Origin: Clostridium sp. 27_14
Lineage (GTDB): Bacteria > Bacillota > Clostridia > TANB77 > CAG-508
Assembly: GCA_001916035.1 (NCBI GenBank)
Contig: MNRQ01000020.1
Span: forward strand, 69,819 to 133,818
Direction of reading: 5' to 3'
Length of the DNA: 64,000 bases
Made by a program: the position numbers and the translations under genes. The notes beneath the pieces are model-generated. The model searched no databases and had not been told where the DNA came from. It saw nothing but the letters and a program-made list of their open reading frames with translations. This document shows, one piece after another, positions 11,114-21,193 of this stretch. How positions within the stretch are numbered: the stretch's first letter is position 1; each line of letters begins with the position of its first letter.

Positions 11114-12511
11114 ATGCCAAACAAAAATGGTTATTTTGATACAGACAATCGACAATTAACAGATGTTTTTAGAGAATTACAACAAACACGTTTACAATAC
11201 GAAAACCAAAATGCAAAAAAAGCATCTAAAATTACATCTTCAAATAGCAGTACATATAATAAAAAAAATGTAAAAAAGGCTAGTAATTCTAATAGCCCTC
11301 ATAGCAAAACTTTAAGAATTACACTCATATTTATCCTTCTATTAATCGCTGTAGTAATGGCTTTACTAGGTTCAAACTCTATATCAGCAAAAGATCCATC
11401 AATAGAATTATACTCACCTTTATCTGAAATAGGCAAATCAAGTGTTTCAATAGAAATAAATAGACATAGACTAAATGCTCATAATATTATAATTTCAAAC
11501 GCAGCATTAGAAACAGTAAAGCAACAAGTTGTAGAAGAAAAAGACATTCCATTTGAGACATTATATACAGAAAGAAATTTACTACCAAAAGGTGAAGAAG
11601 TAGTCTTACAAACTGGAACAAATGGAAAAAAGAATGTAACTTATGTACGTTCTTATGATAATGGTGAATTAACAGAAGAAACTATTTTACAAGAAGAAAA
11701 AACTCAAGATTTTATTCCACAAATAGTTGATGTTGGAACTTCTGAATTTTTAGCAAAAATAAAAGCACACTTAAAAGATACTTTATATTTAACAAAAGAT
11801 AGTATTTTACGTGAAGAAACATCAGACACATCAAAAGAACTTGCAGAAATAAAAACATATTACGATGTAACACTTTTAGATTTGCCAAGTGAAGATTGGT
11901 GTAAAGTTTCTTATGATGGAATTGAAGGATACTTATCAACAAAAAATCTAACATCTGCAGCAGCAACACCTAGTATGCCAGAAAAAAATCGTATTACAAA
12001 AATTATTGTAAAATTAGATAAAGATATGCCTCTAAATCAATCATCTGGACTAACATTAGCAGATTATAAAAAAATATTTACAGGCCTTCCAAATGACAAA
12101 AATAAAATATTTGAAAACAACTATGAAACTTTTTATAATATAGACAAAAAATACAAGATAAATGGCATTTTCTTAGCAGCTCTAGGAATACACGAAAGTG
12201 CTTGGGGAACATCCCAAATTGCTAATGACAAAAAAAATCTATTTGGATACGGTTCTTATGATGCCACACCTTATGAATCATCTTATGAATTTACCAATTA
12301 TAAAGATGGAATCGAATTAGTTGCTAAAGTAATGGTTAAATACTACATTAATCCTGTTGGTACAAAAATTTATGACAATGAAAAAGCCTTAGCTACATAT
12401 TATAACGGTCCAACTATTGCAAATGTCAATATACGTTATGCAAGTGATGAAAATTGGCATGAAAAAGTATATAATTACATGGAAATGTTATATAAACGCT
12501 TAGAAAAATAA
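11114..12511 (+). CDS. membrane-anchored cell-wall hydrolase with G5, SH3 and N-acetylglucosaminidase domains
   Basis: TM segment, G5-like VVLQTGTNGKKNVTYVRSYDNGE, SH3-like WCKVSYDGIEGYLSTKNL, and glucosaminidase INGIFLAALGIHESAWGTS...NLFGYG. Confidence 0.7.
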   Translation: MPNKNGYFDTDNRQLTDVFRELQQTRLQYENQNAKKASKITSSNSSTYNKKNVKKASNSNSPHSKTLRITLIFILLLIAVVMALLGSNSISAKDPSIELYSPLSEIGKSSVSIEINRHRLNAHNIIISNAALETVKQQVVEEKDIPFETLYTERNLLPKGEEVVLQTGTNGKKNVTYVRSYDNGELTEETILQEEKTQDFIPQIVDVGTSEFLAKIKAHLKDTLYLTKDSILREETSDTSKELAEIKTYYDVTLLDLPSEDWCKVSYDGIEGYLSTKNLTSAAATPSMPEKNRITKIIVKLDKDMPLNQSSGLTLADYKKIFTGLPNDKNKIFENNYETFYNIDKKYKINGIFLAALGIHESAWGTSQIANDKKNLFGYGSYDATPYESSYEFTNYKDGIELVAKVMVKYYINPVGTKIYDNEKALATYYNGPTIANVNIRYASDENWHEKVYNYMEMLYKRLEK

Positions 12512-12538
12512 AAATTTAAAGCTCGGAGGAAAACACAA

Positions 12539-13378
12539 ATGAATTTTAAATTTAAAGTAAAGCATCCTAAACTTATGTTATTACTATTAATAATTATTTT
12601 ATTGCTTTGTATACTAGCATATTCTTATATATTTTATGCAAGCTATTGCAGAAACGAATTTGTAAACCAATCCTTAAAAATTTCTGAACAAAACCAACTT
12701 TCTGTATTCAAAGTAAACAAAATATTAATTTATAGTAGTGCAAATGCAATAAATAATCGTTCTGATAATTCTTTAGAAGATTTAAACATTTGTCAATATA
12801 CAGACATAGCTATTTATATTGACAATACTTCTTCTATTTCTGATTTAACAACTCAAAATACAGTCAAAGAATTATGGATAGATAACATTAAAATCACTCC
12901 TAACAGTGATTTAGGTTCACAAGTTTTAAATTACAAAAATTTAAACAATTTTGGAAAATTTGACAATATAACTTCTGCTAATAACTCTCGTATTGATTTC
13001 AATATTGTCAATACTAATGAGCAAAATGAAACATCTGACTACTCAACTCCTACTTTTTATACAGATTGCTCTAACCCTATCTCTTTAGGATATATAAATT
13101 CTGGAATTGTTAAAAATTATTCAATACATGATAATATAAATTCTGTTGTTTTAAACGGTAAACTTCTTCAACAAGCAAATGTTAATTTATCACAAATTGG
13201 ATATAACCTAACTTTCGATATTCATATTAAAAATTATGACGACGATTCATTTGTTTATCATTCTAACATAGATGTTGACTTAAATACTCAAAACAAAGAT
13301 ATCTACAATGGATATTTATACCAAACTAGAAATAATACTTCTGGTAATGAATATGTATTTTTTAAAGAACTACAATAA
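12539..13378 (+). CDS. hypothetical N-terminally anchored Asn-rich protein
   Basis: Long ORF with RBS ggagga and one N-terminal TM helix. No recognisable motif. Confidence 0.5.
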   Translation: MNFKFKVKHPKLMLLLLIIILLLCILAYSYIFYASYCRNEFVNQSLKISEQNQLSVFKVNKILIYSSANAINNRSDNSLEDLNICQYTDIAIYIDNTSSISDLTTQNTVKELWIDNIKITPNSDLGSQVLNYKNLNNFGKFDNITSANNSRIDFNIVNTNEQNETSDYSTPTFYTDCSNPISLGYINSGIVKNYSIHDNINSVVLNGKLLQQANVNLSQIGYNLTFDIHIKNYDDDSFVYHSNIDVDLNTQNKDIYNGYLYQTRNNTSGNEYVFFKELQ

Positions 13379-13392
13379 AACAACAAAGTAAA

Positions 13393-13434
13393 CTAGAAAA
13401 TGAGTCATTAAAAAATGACTCATTTTCTAGTTTT
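13393..13434. terminator. hairpin terminator shared by convergent genes
   Basis: ctagaaaatgagtcatt / aatgactcattttctag followed by tttt. Confidence 0.6.
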
Positions 13435-13443
13435 ATTCATGAA

Positions 13444-13830
13444 CTATCTTTTAAGGTATTCATGTCTAACTGCTTTCAAGAATTCCCAATGTTCTTGCAG
13501 AGCATCATTCTCAATTTTCTCACCATTTGATAATGGTACAAAAAATCTATTCTCCGCAGTAGAATTCAATTTTTGAAATTTTTCCATATCATCAGTATAC
13601 TTTACTACATCTTTTACATTAGACATGTCTGGGATAACATATACAGTATCTCCTTCTACATAAGCCAGCACCCCATTATTCACTGCATAACAGTGCTGCC
13701 ATTTTTTAAGAAATTCTTGATCTGGTGACCATCCCTGACCTTCTTCTCCCTTAATTTTAACTGGATAATTTTTTCTGAAAGCAATAGCCTCTCTTTTTAA
13801 TTCCTCAATACCTTCAAAATCAAAATTCAT
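13444..13830 (-). CDS. hypothetical protein (128 aa)
   Basis: Clean ORF, slightly GC-richer than its neighbours. No motif recognised. Confidence 0.5.
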   Translation of the reverse strand: MNFDFEGIEELKREAIAFRKNYPVKIKGEEGQGWSPDQEFLKKWQHCYAVNNGVLAYVEGDTVYVIPDMSNVKDVVKYTDDMEKFQKLNSTAENRFFVPLSNGEKIENDALQEHWEFLKAVRHEYLKR

Positions 13831-13998
13831 AAATTCCTTTCTCCTACTTTTATTGAGGTAGGACTCAAACTAAATTAGTACATTAACAGTTATCAATTAT
13901 AATTATATCATATTTACATAAATAAAGCAAACTTCTTACAAATCTAATAGTGTAAAAATTCATTGACAAATAATTTACTTAGGGTGTATAATATAGAC

Positions 13999-14097
13999 AG
14001 AAAATGAGAAAACCTAGATAATATGGTTACCACTGTATATAGTAATAACAACACATTCCCTTCGGTCAAAAAGTAGAATGTGTTGTTATTTTTATTC
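13999..14097 (+). ncRNA. candidate small RNA (putative type I antitoxin)
   Basis: TTGACA (13963-13968), 18-nt spacer, TGtATAAT (13985-13992). A 15-bp hairpin at 14044-14090 is followed by a T run. There is no RBS-preceded ORF. The 3' end overlaps the stop codon of the convergent small ORF. Confidence 0.4.
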
Positions 14098-14205
14098 CTT
14101 ATTTATAATTGAATTTACATATTGACTATGTATTGTCACTAATAAGGTTACGTTTATAGTTATTGAAACCATTAATGCTATTACTAAAAATAATAAAAAA
14201 CTCAT
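14092..14205 (-). CDS. 37-aa hydrophobic peptide MSFLLFLVIALMVSITINVTLLVTIHSQYVNSIINKE (candidate type I toxin)
   Basis: GAGGTGG RBS 5 nt upstream of the ATG. Own promoter TTGAAT-17-TATGAT at 14317-14289 on the minus strand. One TM helix plus a polar tail. Confidence 0.4.
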   Translation of the reverse strand: MSFLLFLVIALMVSITINVTLLVTIHSQYVNSIINKE

Positions 14206-14529
14206 AAACACCACCTCACTTTCTGATAGTAAAACTATCCAAATTGAAGTGGCAACACAAATCTACTATCTCATTTCCTATGTTTGATATCATATAACAT
14301 TTATTGGTAAAATTCAAGCGAACATCGTAAAATTTTACCAATAATTTTACTATATTTCTATTTTTAGGATAAAAGCATTAAAAAAACATTTATAAGTTAC
14401 CATATAAAAATATTTTTAAAGAACAAAAATTAGATAAAATTTGAACTGTTAGGAAACTCCCAACAGTTCAAATTAAGTGTAAAAAAATCGATAAGACATT
14501 AATATACCAACGTTTTATCGATTATTTAT

Positions 14530-14603
14530 TGGAGGCGACACCCGGAATCGAACCGGGGATCAGAGTTTTGCAGACTCGTGCCTTACCGCTTGGCTATATC
14601 GCC
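14530..14603 (-). tRNA. tRNA-Cys(GCA)
   Basis: Cloverleaf ggcgata...ctGCAaa...ggttcgattcc...tcgcctCCA on the minus strand. Confidence 0.9.
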
Positions 14604-14640
14604 ATAATATAATAAATTATTAAAACAGTATATATTTACA

Positions 14641-14716
14641 TGGAGCGGGAAACGGGGCTCAAACCCGCGACCTCTGCCTTGGCAAGGCAGCGCTCTATCA
14701 ACTGAGCTATTCCCGC
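14641..14716 (-). tRNA. tRNA-Gly(GCC)
   Basis: gcgggaatagctcagttgatagagc...ctgccttGCCaaggcag...gggtttgagcccc...cccgctCCA. Confidence 0.9.
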
Positions 14717-14955
14717 ATATATACCTTTTCCTAATACGAATATAATAATAACAAATTTTTCACATATTGTCAAGGTATATATAAATGTTTTTTCTTATAT
14801 TACATGTAATTAAATGCTATAAAACAAATTAATATAAATAATATTATTGTAGTGTAATAATATATTGAATTTATTTCTTTATCTATATTTAACTATATTC
14901 AAAATAAATATTTTTATGACTTCTATTTTTGTTTTTTATTATTAAAAATCTAAAA

Positions 14956-17058
14956 TTACTCAGAAGCCTTAGAATTTTTAGCTTTCTTTGTTGTTTTAGT
15001 CTTTTTAGTTGTTTTCTTAGTAGTTTTTTTTGCTTTTTTAGTTGCATTTTTTACATCTGCTGCATCTTTTGGATTCCACTTTTCACCAACCTTAGGTTTA
15101 TTCCATGAAATATAATCACATGATTTAGGATTATTTTCACATATATAATAATTTTTTCTTCTTCTTGTTTTTCTTACTTGTACTTTTGCTCCACATTTTG
15201 GACAAGGTACATCTATTGTTTCTACTATTGGTTGTATATTTCTACATTCTGGAAATCCTGGACAAGCTAAAAATTTTCCATATTTTCCATATTTATAAAC
15301 CATCATTCTTCCACATTTTTCACATTTAACATCAGATACTTCATCAACCAATTTTACATGTTCTAGCTCTTTTTCTACCTTTTCTACTTCTTCTTCAAAT
15401 GGTCCATAAAACTCTCGTATCATTTTTTTCCATTCTTCTTTTCCTTCTGCTATCTCATCAAATTCATTTTCAATTCTAGCAGTAAATTCTACATTTATAA
15501 CATCTGAAAAGTTTTCAATTAAAAGTTTATTTACTATTTTTCCCAATTCTGTTGGTTGCAATTGTTTCTGTATTTTTTCAATATATCTTCTTTCTAATAT
15601 TGTTGTAATTGTAGGAGAATATGTACTAGGTCTTCCTATTCCCTTTTCCTCTAAAACTTTAACTAAACTTGCTTCTGTATATCTTGGTGGTGGTTCTGTA
15701 AAACTTTGTTTTGGATTTATTTTTTCTAATTTTACTTTCTGTTTTTCTACTAATTCTGGTAGCATTCCTTCTTCTTGTTCCTCTTTACCATCTGTTCCTT
15801 CTACATATAATGTCATAAATCCTTTAAATCGTAAGTTTTGTCCATTTGCCTTAAAATCATATTCATTTGCCTTTATATTAACTGCCATTGTATCATAAAT
15901 AGCTGGCTTCATTTGGCTTGCCATAAAACGATTATATATTAATCTATATAATTTATATTGATCTGGTGTTAAATCTCCTTTTATACTATCAGGTTCAATA
16001 TTTATATATGTTGGTCTTATACCTTCATGAGCATCTTGAGCATCTTTTCCTGTTTTATAATAGCGATTTTCATAGTATTGTTCTCCATATCTGCCTATTA
16101 TTTGCTCTTTTGCCGCTGCTCTTGCTTCCTCTGAAATTCTTGTAGAATCAGTTCTCATATATGTTATTAAACCAATTGAACCTTTTCCAGAAATTTTTAC
16201 TCCTTCATATAATCCTTGTGCTACAGACATTGTTTTCTTTAATGTAAATCCTAATTTTCTTGAAGCTTCTTGTTGCATCGTACTTGTAGTAAATGGTGGT
16301 GCTGGTGTTCTTTTTCTTTCACCTTTTTTCACTTCTGTTACTACATATTTAGCATTTTTAACATTTTTTAATATTTCTTGTGTTTCATCATTTGAATGTA
16401 TTTCTTGCTTTTTACCATTTTTTCCGAAATATCTTGCTTGAAATATTTTATTTGTTTTTTCATCTTTTAAATCAACATATATATTCCAATACTCTTCTGG
16501 TATAAAATTCTCTATTTCTTCTTCTCTATCAACAATTAATTTTACTGCTACTGATTGCACTCTACCTGCTGAAAGTCCTCTTTTTACTTTTTTCCATAAA
16601 ACTGGACTTATTTTATATCCAACAATTCTATCTAATACTCTCCTTGCTTGTTGTGCATCAACTAAATTTATATCTATGTTTCTTGGCTCTTTAATAGCTT
16701 TCTGGACTGCAGTTTTAGTAATTTCATTAAAAGTAACTCTTGTTATATTATCTGCATCCTCATTTAATATTGTTGCTAAATGCCAAGCTATTGCTTCTCC
16801 TTCACGGTCAGGGTCAGTAGCCAAATATACTGTTTTTGCTTGTTTAGCATCTTTTCTTAAAGATTTTATTAAATCTCCCTTCCCTCTAATATTTATATAT
16901 TGTGGTTCAAAGTCATGTTCTATATCTATACCCATTTTGGATTTTGGTAAATCTCTAATATGTCCCATTGAAGCCACTACTTTAGTGCTCCCACCTAAGA
17001 ATTTTTTTATTGTATTTGCTTTTGCTGGAGATTCAACTATAATTAATTTATCTGCCAT
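14956..17058 (-). CDS. topA: DNA topoisomerase I
   Basis: Toprim start LIIVESPAKA, type IA core, C-terminal CxxC zinc ribbons and a Lys-rich tail. Confidence 0.9.
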   Translation of the reverse strand: MADKLIIVESPAKANTIKKFLGGSTKVVASMGHIRDLPKSKMGIDIEHDFEPQYINIRGKGDLIKSLRKDAKQAKTVYLATDPDREGEAIAWHLATILNEDADNITRVTFNEITKTAVQKAIKEPRNIDINLVDAQQARRVLDRIVGYKISPVLWKKVKRGLSAGRVQSVAVKLIVDREEEIENFIPEEYWNIYVDLKDEKTNKIFQARYFGKNGKKQEIHSNDETQEILKNVKNAKYVVTEVKKGERKRTPAPPFTTSTMQQEASRKLGFTLKKTMSVAQGLYEGVKISGKGSIGLITYMRTDSTRISEEARAAAKEQIIGRYGEQYYENRYYKTGKDAQDAHEGIRPTYINIEPDSIKGDLTPDQYKLYRLIYNRFMASQMKPAIYDTMAVNIKANEYDFKANGQNLRFKGFMTLYVEGTDGKEEQEEGMLPELVEKQKVKLEKINPKQSFTEPPPRYTEASLVKVLEEKGIGRPSTYSPTITTILERRYIEKIQKQLQPTELGKIVNKLLIENFSDVINVEFTARIENEFDEIAEGKEEWKKMIREFYGPFEEEVEKVEKELEHVKLVDEVSDVKCEKCGRMMVYKYGKYGKFLACPGFPECRNIQPIVETIDVPCPKCGAKVQVRKTRRRKNYYICENNPKSCDYISWNKPKVGEKWNPKDAADVKNATKKAKKTTKKTTKKTKTTKKAKNSKASE

Positions 17059-17216
17059 TTTTATTCATTCCTTCCTAGATAGCAAAATTCACTACCTAAT
17101 TTTCTCTTACAGTATTTTAGACTATATTTAGGGATTTTGCAAGTTTTTTTGATATTTAAGTTAAAATTAGTTACAGTTTTCTGTTTTTAACATTTTACTG
17201 TAACTTATTTCTTATA

Positions 17217-17540
17217 TTATCTAAGATATTCTGGTTGTAAATCTTTTATTATTTCCTCAAGTGCAATCGGAGTTACTTCCATTTCTTTAAGTATTGATAG
17301 CAAATTTTCAATTTTTCTTTCATCTGCACTTATGTCTTTTACTTCTCTTGATACAATTTTTATGTTGTCTGGTATATACTCCGTTTTTACTACACTTATA
17401 CCAAATCTTGCATAATTATCACTTGGTCTATTTTCTTTTGTCTCGATACTCTTATAGTATTCTAATTTGATTGGATAAAATATCCCTTCTTTCTCTAGTT
17501 TCGATTTAGCAATAAATTTGCCTCCATAAAATGTTTTCAT
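17217..17540 (-). CDS. hypothetical conserved small protein downstream of dinB
   Basis: 107-aa ORF with no motif I can name with certainty. Confidence 0.45.
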   Translation of the reverse strand: MKTFYGGKFIAKSKLEKEGIFYPIKLEYYKSIETKENRPSDNYARFGISVVKTEYIPDNIKIVSREVKDISADERKIENLLSILKEMEVTPIALEEIIKDLQPEYLR

Positions 17541-17760
17541 TCGAATACCCCCTCATTTCCTATAGCTTTTTATATAATCTCAATGTTTTTCTAATAATAA
17601 ACCTATTAACGAAATTTTTCAAGTGTTTTTTGGAATTTTTTTCCTTTTTTCATTGACACTTTTTATGGTAATTCGACATAATGTCTATTTTGCCTATAAA
17701 TTCATCATTCTAAGTATTACTTATACTATATACTTTATACATAGAAATAATTCATACTTT

Positions 17761-18972
17761 TTATTCTTTTCCTTTAAATTTTAAATCTTTTACATCCAAT
17801 CTTCCAGCCCTTGTAATAAAATTATATCCATATTTAATTTTTAATTCATCAACTACCTTATCTAATTTTTCTTGCTTTTCATTATCCCAAGGTTCAAATA
17901 ATGTTGTTTGTTGCATTTCATTTTCTTCTAAACCTTCTACCCTTAAACCTATAAGTCTAATAGGTGTATATGGCTTATACATACTAATTAATAAATTTTT
18001 TGCTTTTTTATAAATTTCTTTTGTGCTTGCTGTAGGATATTCTAATTTTTCTTGGTGACTTGAATCTATAAAATCTTTTGTTCTTAATTGTATATTTACA
18101 ACTTTTGCTTTCATTTTGTATTTTCTCAGTCTATATGTTACATGTTCTGATAATGATAATAATATTTCTTCCAATTTTTCTATCTCTGTAACATTTTCAG
18201 GTAATGTAATAGAATTACCTATTCCTTTTGGTTTTTCTGGTAAATACCTCACTTCACTCTCATCTATCCCATTTGCATATTCCCACATTTGCAAACCATG
18301 TTTTCCAAATTTTTTAACCATCACTTCTTTATTAGTATTTGCTAAATCTCCTATTGTTCTTATTTGCATGTTTTGTAACTTAGGTACTGTCCTTCTACCA
18401 AGCATAAATAACTCTGATACTGACAATGGCCACATTTTTTGTTTTATTTCATTTATATATAAAGTGTGTATTTTATCTGGTTTTGCAAAATCTGAAGCCA
18501 TTTTTGCAAGTAATTTGTTATTTGCCACACCTATATTTACCGTAAAACCTAATTCATTCTTTACTCTTACATGTATTTCTTGTGCTACTTCCATTAAAGA
18601 CCTTTTCATTAAATAATTTGTCATATCTAAAAAACATTCATCTATACTAAATCTTTCAATTCTATCAGTATACTCTAACAATAAATTATATAACATATTT
18701 GAATATTTTTGATATACTCTAAAATCTGATTGATATATTTTTATATTTGGACATTTCATTCTTGCCTGATAAATCGTTTCTGCTGTTTTTATTCCAAATT
18801 CTTTTGCCTTTGGGCTCTTAGCTAACACTATTCCCGAACGCTTACTTTCATCTCCTCCAATAATCGACGGTATCTCCCTTATGTCTATTGTGCTACCTTT
18901 TTTTAGCATCTCAACAGCAGTCCAACTCAAAAACGCATTATTTACATCCACATGCAAAATTTGCCTTTCCAT
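17761..18972 (-). CDS. dinB: Y-family DNA polymerase IV
   Basis: ILHVDVNNAFLS and SIDECFLD catalytic motifs. AGGTGA RBS precedes the ATG at 18972. Confidence 0.85.
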   Translation of the reverse strand: MERQILHVDVNNAFLSWTAVEMLKKGSTIDIREIPSIIGGDESKRSGIVLAKSPKAKEFGIKTAETIYQARMKCPNIKIYQSDFRVYQKYSNMLYNLLLEYTDRIERFSIDECFLDMTNYLMKRSLMEVAQEIHVRVKNELGFTVNIGVANNKLLAKMASDFAKPDKIHTLYINEIKQKMWPLSVSELFMLGRRTVPKLQNMQIRTIGDLANTNKEVMVKKFGKHGLQMWEYANGIDESEVRYLPEKPKGIGNSITLPENVTEIEKLEEILLSLSEHVTYRLRKYKMKAKVVNIQLRTKDFIDSSHQEKLEYPTASTKEIYKKAKNLLISMYKPYTPIRLIGLRVEGLEENEMQQTTLFEPWDNEKQEKLDKVVDELKIKYGYNFITRAGRLDVKDLKFKGKE

Positions 18973-19093
18973 TATTATCACCTGTTGTAATTATAGAACT
19001 TTTGTTTGTATTTGTCAATACTTTTTTTATTTTAATTAAAAAAAGTCATTATAAACAATTTGTTAAATATTTCAACTGTTTATAACAACCTTT

Positions 19094-19837
19094 TTATTGT
19101 ATTTTCCTCTTTTGAATTCTATATGTTATTTTAGATAATACATTATTAGGAGTAATTTTAGCAAAAAATCTAGCTAATTTTATATCAAATCCAGGTACAA
19201 TATAAAATTTACCATTCTCTAATTTATGTATTGCATATTCCGCTACTTTCATACTATTAGCTTCCCTTAAATGAAATTTAACATTTGCAACTTTATTAAA
19301 ATTGGTATCTACAGGACCTGGACAAAGAATTGAAATTTTCACATTTGACTTTTCTTGCTTTAGTTCTTCTCTTATACTTTCACTTAATCTTACAACATAA
19401 GATTTTGTCGCATAATATGTACTCATAAGTGGACCAGGCATAAAACCAGCAATAGAAGCAACATTCAAAATTTTTCCACGATTTTTCTTTTTAAAATCTA
19501 TCAAATACAATTTTGTCAAAATATGATAAGCAATTACATTTGTTTTTATCATTGCCAGTTCTTTTTCTAAACTAGTTTTTGTAAAATCACCACAATCACC
19601 AAAACCTGCATTATTTACTAGCAAATCTATATTAGATACTTGCTCATACAAATTCCTACAATTTTCTTCAGTTGACAAATCTATTGAAATAATTTCTGCA
19701 TTTTTTAAACTTTTAGCCACTTCTTTTAATTTTTCCTCATCTCGCGCAACTAAAACCAACTCATAACCTTTTTTATCTAAAACTTTTGCTATATCTCTTC
19801 CTATACCTGATGACGCTCCTGTTATAAGTGCTTTCAT
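19094..19837 (-). CDS. SDR family oxidoreductase
   Basis: TGASSGIG cofactor motif and YATKSYV (YxxxK). AAAGGAG RBS precedes the ATG at 19837. Confidence 0.85.
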   Translation of the reverse strand: MKALITGASSGIGRDIAKVLDKKGYELVLVARDEEKLKEVAKSLKNAEIISIDLSTEENCRNLYEQVSNIDLLVNNAGFGDCGDFTKTSLEKELAMIKTNVIAYHILTKLYLIDFKKKNRGKILNVASIAGFMPGPLMSTYYATKSYVVRLSESIREELKQEKSNVKISILCPGPVDTNFNKVANVKFHLREANSMKVAEYAIHKLENGKFYIVPGFDIKLARFFAKITPNNVLSKITYRIQKRKIQ

Positions 19838-19959
19838 AAAAACACTCCTTTCTATCACTAATACATTTCCAAATATATTCTAAAAATATAATATTTTTTT
19901 AACCTTTTAAAAATCATTCGAAAAATATAATTTTTTTTAGTCTTTTTCAAAACCATCAG

Positions 19960-20496
19960 TTACTTTGACATTATCTTTCCAACTGTATGTACTATTTGAG
20001 TCGATTTTTTATTTGCCAGATCTTTTCCTATTGCCTTTCCTCCTACTGTTAATGCTGAAACTAAAGCACTTAATAAAAATTGCAAGTTAAAATTCCATCC
20101 AAATTGATTTGTTATTTTTACGGCTATTAATGCACTTATCGCTCCACTTAAAACACCACAAATATCACCAATAACATCTGCACATATATTGGCCACTTTT
20201 GATGCATTTTTTATTAATTTTATTGAACTTTTTGATCCTTTGACTTTTTTGGTTGCTTTTGCATGAAATTCTTCTTCATTAGCCACAGTAACTGCTACAC
20301 CAATTATATCGAATAAAATACCTGTTGCTATCACTAATACTAGTATTAAACACGCTGGTATTAAACTTAGATTTGATACTCCATTTGTTGATATATAAGA
20401 AAATATGATTGACAATATAAATGTCATTGTAAAGACTTGAATAAACCATTTTAATGTTGAATTTTCCGAGTGTTCTTCTTTTTTACTTTTTTCCAT
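19960..20496 (-). CDS. small 4-TM membrane protein with a Lys-rich central loop; candidate OLE-associated protein OapA
   Basis: 178 aa with four predicted TM helices and the loop HAKATKKVKGSKSSIKLIKNASK. It is co-oriented with and immediately downstream of the structured non-coding region. Confidence 0.45.
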   Translation of the reverse strand: MEKSKKEEHSENSTLKWFIQVFTMTFILSIIFSYISTNGVSNLSLIPACLILVLVIATGILFDIIGVAVTVANEEEFHAKATKKVKGSKSSIKLIKNASKVANICADVIGDICGVLSGAISALIAVKITNQFGWNFNLQFLLSALVSALTVGGKAIGKDLANKKSTQIVHTVGKIMSK

Positions 20497-20499
20497 TAT

Positions 20500-21106
20500 T
20501 TGTTTTTCTCCTTCTGATTCTTTTTATTTATTAATATGATTTAGATGGTAAAAGTCTAAGTAAATTTTACAGTTTAGGTCTGGTTGAATTTCTCTACCTC
20601 CCGCTTGACATTACTGTCTTAGCCGTTTCCGTTTAAGGGATGCATCTATTAATTTTAATAGACACCAGATCGCCACTTAAATCTGTACCTTAATCCCTAG
20701 ACTTCCATGCTAGTGATAGCAAACATTCTAGAAGTTTTCCTTAACATACAAACTTGTTTTACTAGTCTTTTTTGCAAATATGGTTTCATAGCACCGATTA
20801 TTTATATTTGGCCAAAATACAAATATCATTATAAACGTAATCCCCACATATTCACTCGAGACAGGCTACTCTATGTATTTTGTGTCTTGGCACTCACCAT
20901 AGGTTATACTTAAATATCTATTTAAGCCTCCGCGAAAATAGGGAGTCTTATGTATGCCGTTACATAATACCCTAAATTCTTTACTCCCTATACTCACACA
21001 AAACTGGCATTTCGCGCAAATACAAGAAACTTCAACGATGTGCCCTTTAGTGGATTTTTAGCCCCACCCTCATAAAACATTGCATGACTAGAATAATGCA
21101 CCATCG
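20500..21106 (-). ncRNA. large structured non-coding RNA, candidate OLE RNA
   Basis: About 600 nt without a credible ORF and GC-richer than other spacers. Minus-strand promoter at 21113-21142. Many local helices, e.g. 21098-21106 with 21036-21043 and 20983-20989 with 20940-20946. Confidence 0.5.
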
Positions 21107-21112
21107 ATTAAT

Positions 21113-21142
21113 AGTATAACATTTTTTAAAATTTATTCCAAA
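21113..21142 (-). promoter_or_regulatory. sigma-A-type promoter for the structured RNA
   Basis: Minus strand TTGGAA, 17 nt, TGtTATACT (extended -10). Confidence 0.55.
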
Positions 21143-21193
21143 TTTTATTTTGTTTTATTTTTGACTTAAATTTTTTAGTTTTGTTATATTTTT

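Noticed and set aside
17217-18972. dinB plus the downstream 107-aa ORF as a UmuD/YolD-like accessory pair
   Set aside because: I could not recognise YolD or UmuD motifs in the small protein, and 220 nt separate the two genes. The association is only positional.
20707-20913. 68-aa plus-strand ORF inside the structured region
   Set aside because: It has no RBS and odd composition, and it lies inside a region better explained as a minus-strand structured RNA.
20500-21106. Alternative identities for the structured RNA: RNase P RNA, tmRNA or an ORF-less group II intron
   Set aside because: I could not find the GGAAAGTCC-type RNase P core, a tRNA-like CCA 3' end with a tag-peptide frame, or GUGYG...domain V-like elements on either strand. 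This is only an eyeball check and needs covariance-model confirmation.
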